Assembly (NCBI GenBank): GCA_965113315.1
Contig: OZ220382.1
Origin: Podarcis vaucheri
Lineage: Eukaryota
Direction: 5' to 3' (one strand)
Length of the DNA stretch: 64,000 bases
In this document: positions 48,724 to 61,782 of the stretch, in pieces
Layout: each line of letters starts with the position of its first letter
Position numbering within the stretch: the first letter of the stretch is position 1
Position numbers and translations under genes: made by a program
Notes under the pieces: model-generated
Told to the model about the DNA's origin: nothing
The model's input: only the letters and a program-made list of their open reading frames with translations
The model's database searches: none

Positions 48724-49829
48724 CTGGAAGGGAAAACGGGACAGTCTGAGACTACACAGGAGAAGGACGGCAGGTGTGGGAGAAGCAGCCAGGGCAACCG
48801 CAGTTAGCGGCTGACATCGTCTGTTGATACGCTGGGGCTCCCCAAACGCTTCCTCAATTCAGGGTCAAAATGCTTCCATTTCTTCCAGAGTTTGGGGAAA
48901 CTTTGTTTTAGGGCCAAAATGTCCACACAACCCTCGACTCTGTCCATTTTGATATCTTATTCCCCCCACCCAAACTTAAGTTCGACTGTCTATGTTTCCA
49001 CATCAGTTTTAGATAGAGATAGTGTCATCTTGGAAATTCATCAGCATTTAATGCACATTTCTCCTGAGACACAAACATCCTGAGATTTTTGTAAACAACT
49101 AACCCAAATATAATTCAGTTTAGGATGTTATTGTTTCTACCATATGCATTTCTGTTCCATACCTAGTCTATGCACATTTCTTGGTCGGGGAAATCCACTG
49201 CAAAATTCTGAGGGGCTGGCCTGCATTTTGGTTTGCATATTGCTTCAGAAAGTGTGAATTACGACAGGTTTGCCTGTGAATGTGAAATGAAACGGATTTC
49301 TCCCCCATCTCCAGCACACTTGTAAAAGTGCAAGGACGTGAAGCCAGCATCAGTAGACTGCCCCAAATTAGCAGGTGCTAGCGTTCCCCCCCCCTTTGTA
49401 GACCTGTATTTCCTTGATTGCAGTTGCTCTCTAAGCGGTGCTGACTTTGTGGTGAGAAGAAAGTCAAAATGGAACGGTCAAGTGCAGTGAACTTGAAAGA
49501 GGTGACAGGCCAAGGGTCAGAAGAAAGCACTCTGGAGACGCTGCTAAATCAAAAGGAAGTGTTTACTACAGTGGTTTGAAAGCTCCAAGACTATTGATTA
49601 TTCTCCTCTCCCTCTGGTGCCACAGTAAAGCTCTGGGTTTCAGCTTTGGGGTTTCCCAGCAGGAATGTAAATTCAAGCTAATGACATGTCAGGAGCAGAG
49701 CTCTCAGTCATCCAAGTCTAAACAGGGGAATTATTTGATTATGGGGAGCTTTGTGGGGTTTTGAAGCTCAGAGTTGCCAGCTAAGATGTTTTTTAAAAGG
49801 AGTTGGGCTATTTGTTGATGTGTGCAGAA

Positions 49830-50173
49830 CAGAGGTGCCAGCTACTGGGGGCTGAGCCCTTTGGAGGGGCCCAGTATTTGGGGAGTAGGCTGGCCCCCCA
49901 ATGTCCAAAAAGTATTCAGCTGAGTGCAGCATGGCTTCAGTGACCAGCTCCTTCTCCTTCTGCTCCTTCTGCCACAGAAGGGAAGGAAGGTTGAAGCAGC
50001 CTCCCGCCAGTGGCAGCGCCAGAAGGAGGTGGAGTCGTCTGCGGCCATTGAAGCTGCATGGCTGCCACGTTCAGCTCCATTCCAGGCTCCTCCTGAGATC
50101 ACATTGTGATGTCAGGACATCGTGCACACCCAACCATCACACACATTGTTGGCCTCCCAAGCTGGTGCCTCTG
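49830..50173. mobile_element. hAT-type MITE
   Basis: TIR cagaggtgccagct / agctggtgcctctg and degenerate TSD gtgcagaa / gagcagag. Confidence 0.7.
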
Positions 50174-53100
50174 GAGCAGAGAATGGCCCCTTGGACCTTC
50201 ATTCCAAGACTGAATTCCTTACACACTGTATGAAACAGAGACAACAAAAGGTGATGGCAATGGATGCTGCTCTGTATGGGTGACTGGGACACTGCCCCAC
50301 TAACCTCAGACTTCCCTCAGCCAGCCCCCAGCTGCCTGACTTTTTTAAAACACACACACACTGGTAGTCAGCTTCCTCTTCCTAAGTCTCAGTGTTTCTC
50401 AGCAGGGAAGAGGATGGAGGCAAAACTAGCATTAGTATGCTCTGCCTGTCATTGGCTCTGGTTCCATCTACTCTTGGTCTCCCTGTCCTCTTCCCTACTA
50501 GTCCCAGAGGGCACCAGCCAGAGTTGGATAGAGACATTTTGCTGCCTGAAGTAAAGGACAAGATAATGTCCCATTCCATGTGCAGAAAGTGACTTAATTG
50601 CTGGGAAGAGGATAGCAGCACCACACCCACACAAGCACACCTGAAGGCTACTGAAGGTTAGTTTAGGGGGTGCAGGACTGGCCACCTGGCACACCCACGT
50701 CTGCCCTCCAATGGAGGAAAAGAATCAAGGAGTCAGTGCTGCTGCTGCTCCTCCTCAACAACTGCCACCTGAGTGGTTGCCTCCCTCTGCCCAATGGTCA
50801 TGCACCACCCACCAATGGGCAGCTGACAGGGGGTGAGAAGTGGACAGCAAGTTGAAGGCAAACATGCATCAGTCAACAGTTATGTAGCTTGGCTGTGAAA
50901 AGCTTTTGTTTATTTACATGGATGCTTAGTATTATACTTTTACAAAAGATGACTCTGGGACTTAAAAGAAGCTCAGGTTGAGAGTCATCCCCTGCTCCTT
51001 GCTGAGCATCCCATCCTTCCACTATTACCACCTGAGCAATCCCCATCATGACCACCTGACCGTTGAGAGTTATGGTCTGCTCCCATCCCCATAGCTCCCT
51101 GGAGCGGTCCACTGCTTGCAAGGATCCTCAAGGGTGTGGTTTACAGGAAGCAGCCATGACTGGATGGGACAAAGCAGGCTGGGAGAAGTGACAGCAGCAC
51201 CATGCAAGAGTAAATCTAGAAGGGAGAATGGGTTGGAGAGAAGGAGGAGGAAATGGAGCCTTCAGAGACATTCGTTATGACAAGCTCCCTTTCAGCAAAA
51301 GTTGGAAGGTTGGGAATATTGAGGACAAGCTCCTGGTGTGATTCACTTATGTGAAAAGGTTAATGAAGTAATGTGTAAAGGTCAGGCTTATCTTTGGCTG
51401 ACATCTCCCCTCTCCTGTCACTGCCCCTCCCCCCTTTAAGGAAGAAGAAGACAAGGGAAAGAGAAGGAAGGGAGAAGGAAACCGGGAAGGCAAGAGCAAG
51501 GTACCTCCTGGAGAAGGCAAGGAAATCAATTAGAAAAGCAGCCAGGACAGGGCCATAAATCACGCACTGGGTCCTCTCCAAGTTCTCCCTGTGGAAGTTG
51601 TGGATTTTTATAAACCTGGAGATGAAATTGTCTCAAATGCTAACCTGCCTCCCACCGAACCCACTCCAGAAAACAGTAATAATCTTACACAAGTGGTGAT
51701 TGATTAAGTCATTAACGGGCAGCATCAAGAAAGGGATGGCACTTCATGGTATGCCTTACAATGAATGTGGTGGCCAGAAGAGTGATTTAGATAGATTTCT
51801 GGGTGATCTGCAGCAGATCGTCAAGGTTTCCGGATGCCCCTGCTTTTTTAACAGTAGCAGCAATAAAATGGCCCAACCCCCAGCCCCTCCTGTACATTAT
51901 ACTTCTGAAAAGAAAAAAGGTTAGAGTAACCAACAGGGATTTTTCTGTTGAAGGGTTTGGAGATCAGTTCACTTTCTTAGCCAATTGCTTAGCATGGAAT
52001 TGTTTTATTTTAGAGTTGAGTCTTTTGCGGACCTAGTGAAGAACCCCACAAGCTTGAAGTCAGCTCACTCCTGCCATACACAGACCACTTGCAGGCACTT
52101 TATCTTGCTTGTAGGCCACAGAAACCTACCTCATCTGAGGATATCTTAGTTTCAAGGTCTGGGCAGGGTTGAAACCTTTCATAGGTATATGGATGTCAAA
52201 ATATATGAAGTTGCCTTGCAAAGTCAAGAACATGGGTTCATCTAGCCTATTGTTCATCTGCACCAGGAATTGAGTGTATTACCTACCTCAGTGCTGTGGG
52301 ACTCCAATTTCCCTGGCCACCAGCTGTGCTGGCTGGGTTGATGAGGGTTAATTTATTTATGAAAAATGCTTGTATGCCACTATATCATAAAAATGTATCA
52401 AAGAAGTTTGCTAGAATAAAAATGAGATTAGACCATGCAATAAAAGCATAAAAGAATTAAAAGCAAAGATCAATAAACTGCCAAACAGCTCATTTCAGTA
52501 GCACACAAACTGACCCCTTATAGGTGTTGCAAGCTTTTGATAAGCACCACAGATATGAGAACGTTCTCACCTCCTGTCTACTGCTGCTGCTCTTATTGTA
52601 TTGTTTCAGGGGCAGACCATAGCTCAGCTGTTACAGTATCTGATTTGCACCTAGAAAGCCCCAGGTTCAATCCCTGGCACCACCAGGTAGGGATGGGAGA
52701 CATTCCCTGTCTGAATCCCTGGAGAATTGTTGCCAGCCAGTGCGTATACTAACGAGCTAGATGGACCAATGGTGTGACTGCATAAGGCAGCTCCTTATGC
52801 TCCTACATGCCGCTTGCCCTTGGATCACAATGTGGTCAATGCAAATATGTTCTTGCTGTTTTCCTGGAATGAATGTTTGCTACAAATTGAGGGTCAGGAG
52901 GAACAGTGAGATTCCTCCTGTGGTGCTGGTGGAGGGCTTAAAAAGAGAGAGAGAAAGATGGCCCCAGACAGGGATTGAGGCAGGTGCAGAGAAGAGCTGG
53001 CTAGCTTCATAGCATCGCAACCAAGGCCACCTATGAGCTCAGCCTTTTCCTGCCTCCTGCTGACTGAATACTGGGTCGTACTGCAAGCAGCTGTTTGCAG

Positions 53101-53666
53101 CAATCTGTGGCTCCTCCTGAAACTGGGCCCTGGAGGTCTTTGGTGTGATGTATTTATGCTGCAGATGCAACAGCCTCCCTGCTCGCCACTAAGTTTTATG
53201 GCTCAGCATTTACTGTGGATCTGTGGATCCTCTGATAAACATTTCAAGGTAGGGAAATAAATGACCCTCTGAGAATACAAACTTTCTGCTATTAAAACTT
53301 CATTAAGAAGTGCCCCGCCCTCCAAAAAGAGTTGGCTTGCCCTTCTCCTCTTTTGGAGGCTTTGTAGATGGCCAGGGATCTTTGGGAAAGGAGAAAAGAA
53401 AATTGGATTTTTCCTAAGCAGGAGGCAAGTGCTTTTTTGGACAGTGTCAGGAGGTGTTTGAGGCCAGAATGGAGGGGCATGCACATTCAGCTCTGTGGAT
53501 GCCAGACATGTGTGACACGCCACCAAGGCTGCAGGCCAAAGCATCTCCCTGAGCAACCAAAACTTTTAAGGCAACATAAAAAATTTGGCAGTACAGGGCT
53601 GGTTCGACACTGTGCTCCCGGATTTCAGGAAGGGGTCACAAATGTAAGCTTGCTGGAAATAACTAC

Positions 53667-53850
53667 CTGGGTCCAAGCTCATCCTCACTGCGCCAGACAA
53701 AGTCCCCAAATTTCTCGTAGTGGGAGTTATAGTGATGCTGGATGCGGAAAAGCATGGAAGTGGAGACCTCCATCAGAGTGTTGTAGGCTGTCTGCTGCTC
53801 TTTCCCACTGGTGTAGCCATTGTACAAGTTGTAGATCTTGTCTGCTACCT
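53667..53850 (-). CDS. ASTN2: Astrotactin-2 penultimate coding exon
   Basis: Minus-strand acceptor cttcctttccAG and donor AG|GTAGT. The 184 nt exon encodes (E)[60 protein letters not shown](R), the astrotactin C-terminal region of ASTN2 type. Confidence 0.96.
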
Positions 53851-54206
53851 CTGGAAAGGAAGTAGGAGAGGGGTGGGAAGGGGCAATCATCATCTAAGCA
53901 CAAAGGAAGCAGATCTTGGCCCAAATGGAATGGAACAAAAATTACTTTTAGATACATTTTTGGCTTGGACCTGGAGGCATAGAGGGTGAATGGGTTGTAG
54001 CTGGAAAAGTTTTCATGAAATTATGTCCAATATTCACCTCCTCCACCACCTTCCTCTATAAAGGAAGTTCCCTCAAACCTAGTCAAATCACTGATCTATC
54101 TAGTTTAGGATTGTCTACATCAGTTGCCAGTGGGATAAAGAGCTTGTGGCCCCAGCATGACCAATAGTAATGGATTATGGGAGCCGAACTCCAGCAGTGC
54201 TGGAAG

Positions 54207-54332
54207 CAGTGCTTTTGCTTTTTTAAAAAAGAAAAAAAGGTGCTGGTACTTACCATGAATTTTTGATATTAGGTGCCACACTTTTAACTAAAAAGTTGCT
54301 AGTACTTGAGTACCCCCTAGAAAAAAGCACTG
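54207..54332. mobile_element. hAT-type MITE (CAGTGCTTTT termini)
   Basis: TIR cagtgctttt / aaaagcactg and degenerate TSD gctggaag / gccagaag. Confidence 0.7.
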
Positions 54333-55334
54333 GCCAGAAGGTCAGAGGTTGTCCACCTTTGATCTACACAGATCCAGAGTTTCAGACAGAAGTCTTTCCC
54401 AGCCCTACCTAGTAATGTACCCAGGGACCTCCTGTATATGGAGCAGCAACCCTACCTACCACTAAGCTATGGCCATGGCAGAATGGGAATCCAGCAGTGG
54501 AGACCAGGTCATCTCTTAGAAACATAGGGAGCTACTTTCTGCTCTCGCTTTGGTGCATTCTAGGTAGGAAGGAAGCAGTAGAGAAATGGTGCCCACCATA
54601 CTGGTAGGCAGCACGTGTAACACCACTGAAACGTTGGGCAAGCACTTTGTCACTGTTTTCAACACCCACCCTCAGTCATCAAAATCCCCATCCCCACCAC
54701 TTTGCACCCTGGGAATATGGTGGAGAAGGTCTAGGCAAGGGAGAGGCATTTTGACTTAGCAGTAGTTAAGACATTATGTGTGTGCACATCCATCCTAACA
54801 AAGCAAGTTTCTGATTTACAGCAGGCATCTGAAGGCTCCGTCTAATATTAGTTCCTCACTTGCATTTTCAAGCACATGGAGGGACAAGACACACCTCTTT
54901 GAACTGAAAGGAGGAGGTGTGAGGATTATAAAGCAGGTGTCCAGGGTATATTGGCCTTGTATTTTCATCTGACCTGTCCATGCTGCCAGCACCCCTACAC
55001 ATGTACGTGTACATGCACACACAAACACATACATATAATTCAAACGGGGAAATGTAGTGTTGGATGCAGTTCTCAGGTAACCCCCTCACAAGTTTCAATG
55101 CTAATGAACTGCATATGCCTTGTGCCCAATTACTGGTCGGCAGATGTTGGATACAACACGTGCGAAAGGGAGGGACACTAATCTGGCCAAAGTTGCTACT
55201 GCAGATTAGTTGGGGGGTCTAATCTACTGTTCTACTGTTGGGGGATCAAAGACTGCAGCTCTGGGTTGGGAAAAGACAAGGTGATGTCCACTCAAGCAAG
55301 AATTCCAGAGGAGGGATCTACCATATTAACTGAA

Positions 55335-55750
55335 TAATAGAATTGTAGAGTTCGAAGGGACCCCATGAGTTTCATAGTCCAAATCCCTGTAATGCCAAAT
55401 CACAGCTAAAGAATCCCTGACAAATGGTCACTCGGCCTCTGCTTAAAAGACTCTCCAAGGAAGAAGAATTCACCACCTTCTGAAGGAGTCAGTTACGCTG
55501 CCAAATAGTTCTTACTATCAGAAAGTTATTTATAATGTTTAATCAGAATCTCTTTTCTTGTAACTGGAAGCCTTCAGATATTTGAACACGGCTATCTTAT
55601 CTCCCCAGTCTCCTCTTTTCAAGGCTAAACATGAAACAAGGCTAAACTGTTCCTCGTAAGACTCGGTTTCCAAACCCTTGATCATCTTAGCTGCCCTTCT
55701 CTGTATACATTACAGCTTGTTAATATCCTTCTTAAACTGCTGTGCACATA
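55335..55750 (-). mobile_element. Old CR1 3' fragment
   Basis: Reverse-complement similarity to the CR1 at 46.5-46.9 kb (gagttcgaagggacc, cttactatcagaaagtt, ctcctcttttcaaggctaaacat). Confidence 0.7.
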
Positions 55751-58700
55751 CTAAATATAAGAGCATTAAGAAAACAGTACTGGATCAGGCCAAAGGCCTA
55801 TCTAATCCATCACACTATCTTCACAGTGGCCAGTTAGAACTTCATGGGAAGCCCTCTTTTACCCTCTGCCTTGCTGTCATCCACCAATGGGCAAGCCGTT
55901 CTCAGAGTGACTGTGCTCAGCTCGGAGTGTCTTCCTCGGGTATCCACTGCATAGAGGGTGAACCTGGAAGAGAAGAAAACTATAAGACCTCAACCATGAA
56001 AAGTAAAGTTAACATAATATGCTGGAATGGCTGAAATTATGGTAACCTCCATACATTCTGGTGCAAGATGTTGTCAGACTAAAGCAGGAACAGATAACCT
56101 TTCTTCTGCCAAGAACCACATTCCCTTGGGATTAATCTCTCTCTGCCTGAGGCCCCACCAATTAAGTGGGCAGAGCTAATCACTTTTCATCTCACTCTTC
56201 CTACCACCCCACCCCTTTCTCTTCCTGGTAGACTGCTCACATGGGGACACAGATCACTCTTGCCAGTGGTATGGATGGCTCACCAGTACTCAAGAAGGCT
56301 CAAGGGAGGTTCACAGAGATGGCTTAGGCTGTAAGTCAACAACCCTTCATGTTGGTCTGTATTGGATTTGGTGAAAGTGTCCCTCAACCTACAGAGTAAA
56401 GCTAGTATCATTCTGCCAGTAGGGAGGTCAGTTCTGCCCACTGAATATTCAGGCCAGCAAAAAGTCCGCAGGTGGGATCTATGAACTTCCACCCCCACCC
56501 AATCCCTGGTCCAGGGGCAGGAATGGACTGAACTGCCTCAGGGTACACAGTCAAACCCACTGCAAATGTTTGAGAGCTCAGGGTTCAATTGTGGCCCAAC
56601 TGCAGCACCTGGTAGAACAACTGGACCACCCCCTGCCTTCCATCACAGCCTACATCAACAAGTGTGGCAATGGCCATGCTTCGCCATACCCCACCAGTTC
56701 TGAATTGCCCTGTAAGTCTTGTGGTAGTACACTGCCACCAAACACGGTGTTTCCAATGTACACTAAAGACACAAAGGAAATAGTGTTGTAGAGGTGCTTT
56801 TTTCCACACCTGACATGTAAAAAATTACTTTTGGGTTAATGCATGAAGGTTGATCCACCAGTGGTGGTTCATAGGAAGTGATTCATCTATGGAAATAATA
56901 AATAAATAAATAATGCCGAAGACATGCTCCCAAATTCAGAGTGTTTGAAGTACTGCAGGAGAGCACACACATCCTTCTGCAAGGTGCACGTGGTTCTAAG
57001 CACACCATTGTGCCCTACTGGAAAAAGAAGTCTAACACATGGCTCCATGTGGCATCTGGAGATGTTTGCACTGTAGAAACCGAAGATCTCCTCATCAGAA
57101 GCAGTCCAAGTAAATCTCTGAATAAGCTTTTGATTTCTCCCTCTCCTCCTTTCTTATCTGCAATCACTTCCCCCCTTTCTCCATTCTTAGCTAAGTAGTG
57201 CAAAACAAGCAAGTAAGCAAACAAACAAAGCAAGGATTCTGGGCTGGCTTTGACAAAGTGCAGATGGTCCAAGTTGCCCAGTGTCAGGGAACCTGCTGAT
57301 GGAAGGCAGACAGTTGTGCCCTTGAAGAGGAGCGGGAGCTGCTCTTTCTGAAATTTGGATGGTTACTTAATGGCAAGTTGACCCCTCAAAGTTCCTTTAC
57401 TTGTGACAAAAGCAACACTCCATTCTGAGCATCTCAGCGGGGACACAACCTGTGCAGCTTATTCCCTTCCAGACACCCACAGTGGGAACTGACTACACCA
57501 GGGGTGGAGTAGAATGCTGCATTCCCTTCCAGGGGCCATGTGCTGGGGTGGGTGGAGCCAGAAGCAAAAGTGGGCACAGCGATTAAACTTAACTTTACCT
57601 TTGTGCAGTGGGCTGGTTTCTACACACACTCACACACCCCTCTCTGTCCTCCATTCAGGCAAGCAATAGGCATCATCAGAGTTTGGGAAAACATTCCAGG
57701 CAAGAAAAAGCACTCACAGAGGGTGCAAAGCAGAGCCAGTGAAGGGTGTGGGCTGGGGAGAGTTTGGAGGGCTAAACAAAGAAGGAGGGCTTCCTTTGAC
57801 CCACAGGCCTCCAGTTCTCCACCTTTGGTCTACACTTTTTATTAACCATGGTTACTCACTGCTAACTTTTCACACACAATGTAAGCAGGGAGAAATGTTG
57901 GACAACCAGCATGGGACACAAAGGAAGGAGTAGAGTTCATGGGAATTTTAGTCAGAATTTGGTTGGTCCCTCTCCCTTTTGGGGATGTCAGAAATCTGAG
58001 AGATTGGAATCCCTATTCAAGCCAACCTGATGGTCACAATCAACTACATGTAGGCAGAACACATGGTTGGCCACAGAAAGCTGAGGAGGACAGCTGCTCT
58101 GCTCTGCTGGGGGAATCGTTCCAGTTCTTTAAATATGATGGCTAGCCAGGCATAGCACTTTTAAACTGTCAATCTGAATTTTGCAATGTTGAGGGGGGGG
58201 GAATGCTATAGGGAGGTATATATGTGTGGTGATGAGATGAAAGGGAGAGGCACTGAGAGAGAGAGAAATCACATACCGAGAAAGGGATAATGCAGCCAGG
58301 CACCTGATATGTAAAATATGCCCATTGGGCTGTGAAAAAGGGTCTGAGGACACACAGGATCTAAAGTATGTTCGGAGTGGAGACTATCCAGGCTCTTCAG
58401 GGACAACTGCATGGAGAAGCTGGTGTGCATGTTTGTGTATGAAAAATAAGAGCTCTGCCGGATCAGGCCAGTGGTCCATCCAGTCCAGCATATTGTTCTC
58501 ACTGTGGCCGTCCAGATGCCCATTGGAAGCCATTAGTAGGATACCCCCCCACATACTTGCTATTCCCAGAACTGGTACACGACCTCCAACAGTGGTGGGA
58601 TCCATTGGAAGAATAACATTACAATCTTGGATAGTTGCCATGGACAGCCTGAATTTGTCTAACCTTCTCTGAAAGTCATCCAAGATCGTGTCCATCACTA

Positions 58701-59905
58701 CTTCTTCATGGGAGTGAATTCCACATAGGAGCATATGCCCTGAGGAGGCACCACAGATCTGTTGCCTTTGCTTTACCTGTCACAAACTGTGATCCTAATG
58801 AGAAAGGCAAAAGCTCAGCAACAGAGCACAATTCCGTATGTGGAAGGTACCTGGTTCAAACACTTGGAGATGTTGGATAGCTACTGCCAGTGGAAATATG
58901 TTGTTGGATAACACCTCCCATCATTCCTGGACATTGGCCATGTTGGCTGGGGCTGTACTTACAACCAGTGTGTGTGTGGACGGGGGGGAGGGGGTTGTCT
59001 GTTAGCTTCTGGCTCCATCTTCTCTGTGTTCTCCCATGCAAAGAACTCCACAGGGAGAAGGAGAATGGGCGCAAAATCAAAACGAGTGGTTCTGGCTCTA
59101 CCTACTGTTTGTGCTGCTTGTCTTCTGCCCTACCAGTCCCAAGGACCAGAGCACTCACATCAGCTAGGTCCTGGACCTGGGGTCCCCCACCCCAGGCCTA
59201 TAGAGCTAGCAGGGGGAAAAGAAGGAAGAATCCTACCAACAGCAAGCTGCCCCTGAAATCGATGGGAAATTTCACACCCACAAAAAAATCTAAGAAATCT
59301 CCCACCCACCCCAATTCTCCAACTGACAAAGAGACTACAACATTTGGGCACCATTTGGGTTCAGTGCTACTTCAGAGCTTCACAAAATAAGGTTGTGTGT
59401 GTGTGTGTGTGAACTGTGCAATGTCTCAGAAAAACCAAGCAATGCAGCTTTCCTCCGGAATGTCAAAGTAGTGTGCCCTCACCACTGTAAGCTCCTCAGA
59501 TATCTGTGCAAGAATGTCTACTCAGAGGCTGCTCAATTTAAAGTATATATTTATACAAATATAAATCAAAGCCACAAGAATGCATTTCCTCTGCTTGATG
59601 GCAACTCTGTGATTCAGCATAATCAGGGATCAGTAAATCAACACATAAAACCTTCTCACTGTGCCAATAAAATAAATGGAGCCTTTTTCTTGGATTTTGG
59701 AATGTCAATGGGTGAAGCATATTGACAATGCCACAATAAAAGGAAGCTCATAAACAGATCTACTTTGCATACTCATTCGGTTGTGGTGGCTTGTCGTTGA
59801 GGATGGGGGTAAATTCTATGAGGGGAGAACAGGATATCCCTGTGGCTATAACCACCACAAAAACAGCAAATCAGCAATGGAAAGAGGTTGGAGAGAGAGC
59901 TTGCC

Positions 59906-60057
59906 CAGTGCTTTTTTCCTGGGCTTTGCAGGGGTACGCATACCCCTAAACATTTTGTGAATGTAAGTTTGGCCTCATTGAGGGGAAGCCTTTCAATATG
60001 AGTAGGAAAATGAGAGTACCCCCTAAACATTTTTTTAAAAAAGGGAAAAAAGCACTG
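59906..60057. mobile_element. hAT-type MITE, uninterrupted copy of the 41536 family
   Basis: Same TIRs and internal motifs (cccctaaacattttgtgaa...gagtaggaaaatg) in the opposite orientation. No clear TSD. Confidence 0.8.
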
Positions 60058-61504
60058 CTAGAACTTGAGAAGAAATTGCCAAAGGAAGGTTGGGGAATCT
60101 GTGGTCCTGGACTTACAGCTCCCATTAACCCCAGTCAGTATGACCAATGGTCAGGGATTGTGAGTCCAAAGACATTTGGAAGGCCACAGATTCTGCCCCA
60201 GAGTAATTGGGGGCAATATCCTGTAGTTGCTATGCTCAACAGGAAGCTATGGGCGGCTACAGATATTGGCTTTAGGGCTTTGCAGATGGCTTTCTGATGC
60301 CCTCAGCAGGCCCATAACTTGACAAAATTATATATGGCGGAGATAACAGTGCTCAGATTTGCAGGGGTACAATTATCTACATGACAATTATGAGCTATTT
60401 CAAGGCTGATAGCATCTGGAACTGGCAAGACCCCACAATGATGCATAGAGTTATATCCTAGTGATACAACCTCAACATCACAGTTTGCTGTGTTCCAATC
60501 AAGGAGGAATCACCACATTCAGATGTTCTATACTGCTACTCCAGAGGCTACTAGAACATGCCAGAAGCAGTTCCATGTCTTCTAGGATTCACCATCTCTT
60601 TCAGCCAAAGCATTTGATGAGCATTTTGCAAATGCTGCTTCAGCTAGCCCTCAGGCCAAAGGTGCCCTGAATAAAAGTTCAATGTTAACACTGAATCCAT
60701 TAGTCAAAGGTTACAGCCTATCAGCTTTTTATAGTTCTAGTGCTGGAAGTGCCTGAAGACACATCTGAAAGCTGTTTAAAAGCTCAAGACCCCTTAAGTG
60801 AGAGGGTCTCCAGGGATTGGCATCAATCTGACAGCTGGAGGTGGTGCGAGGAGAGAAGGTTCATCACAATGAGCAAAGGAGAAAGAAAATCAATATCCTC
60901 CTCTTGAAGTTACCAAGGAGATGATGCAGTAGGGGAGGCCCTACAGGAAGCATTGCCTTTGAAGACCCTCCCCAGATGGGCCCACCTTATAGTGCAACAT
61001 CGTGGCCTGGTTATGTAAATGCTCATCCAAACTTCCACTTGTCCCACCACTCTCCCCCAGGAAAACCTAATATTTACTCCTGAATCAAAGCTAATGTCAA
61101 TTGGGTGTCCTGTGGACTGACGTTTGCCTCAAAGGAAAGTGGCGAGGCAAACAGGAAACTGCTCAGACCCATGCATAAAAAGCATGGGACAAGTGGAAAT
61201 CTGGTCAGAACCATGCTTCCTAGGCACAGAACAAGTGGAAGTGTGGATAACCCCTAAATCTGATGGGCTTTATAGTGCTGCTTCAGAGTGATAGAAATTG
61301 CTCCCTGTCCCTTATATGACACTGGCTGGATCATCTAGACACATCCCAAAAAATAAAATAAAAGAAAAAAGGAATCAGTTAAATGTGTTGTAAACTTCAT
61401 AAATGGAAATCCCGTTGATGAAAAATAGGACTCCACAGCACCATCTGGTGTCACAGTGTTATAACACACACAAAGTGCTTTTTCTTTACTAATGTAGCTG
61501 AGTC

Positions 61505-61782
61505 CACTGGTGGAGGAAGGGAGGGGCGGGGGGAGCACACTGCCCACAGCACCATCAAGGAGTGGGGTACCATCACAGCCGCCCTCCCAGACATGCGCTG
61601 CACACACCCCCCCACCGTGTCAGGTGCACGACCCCGCAGGCAGTACCATGCCCCCAAGGGCGGTGCACCACACCCCTGGGATGCACGCCCCCATGGGCGG
61701 TATGCCACGCCCTGGGATGCGCTCCAGTCACGCCTCTGCCTGCTCTCCACCTCCAGTACTGGAGCATGCAGCTTCGCCACTG
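61505..61782. mobile_element. GC-rich hAT-type MITE
   Basis: Imperfect TIR cactggtggag / cttcgccactg and perfect 8-bp TSD gctgagtc (61497-61504 and 61783-61790). Confidence 0.75.
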
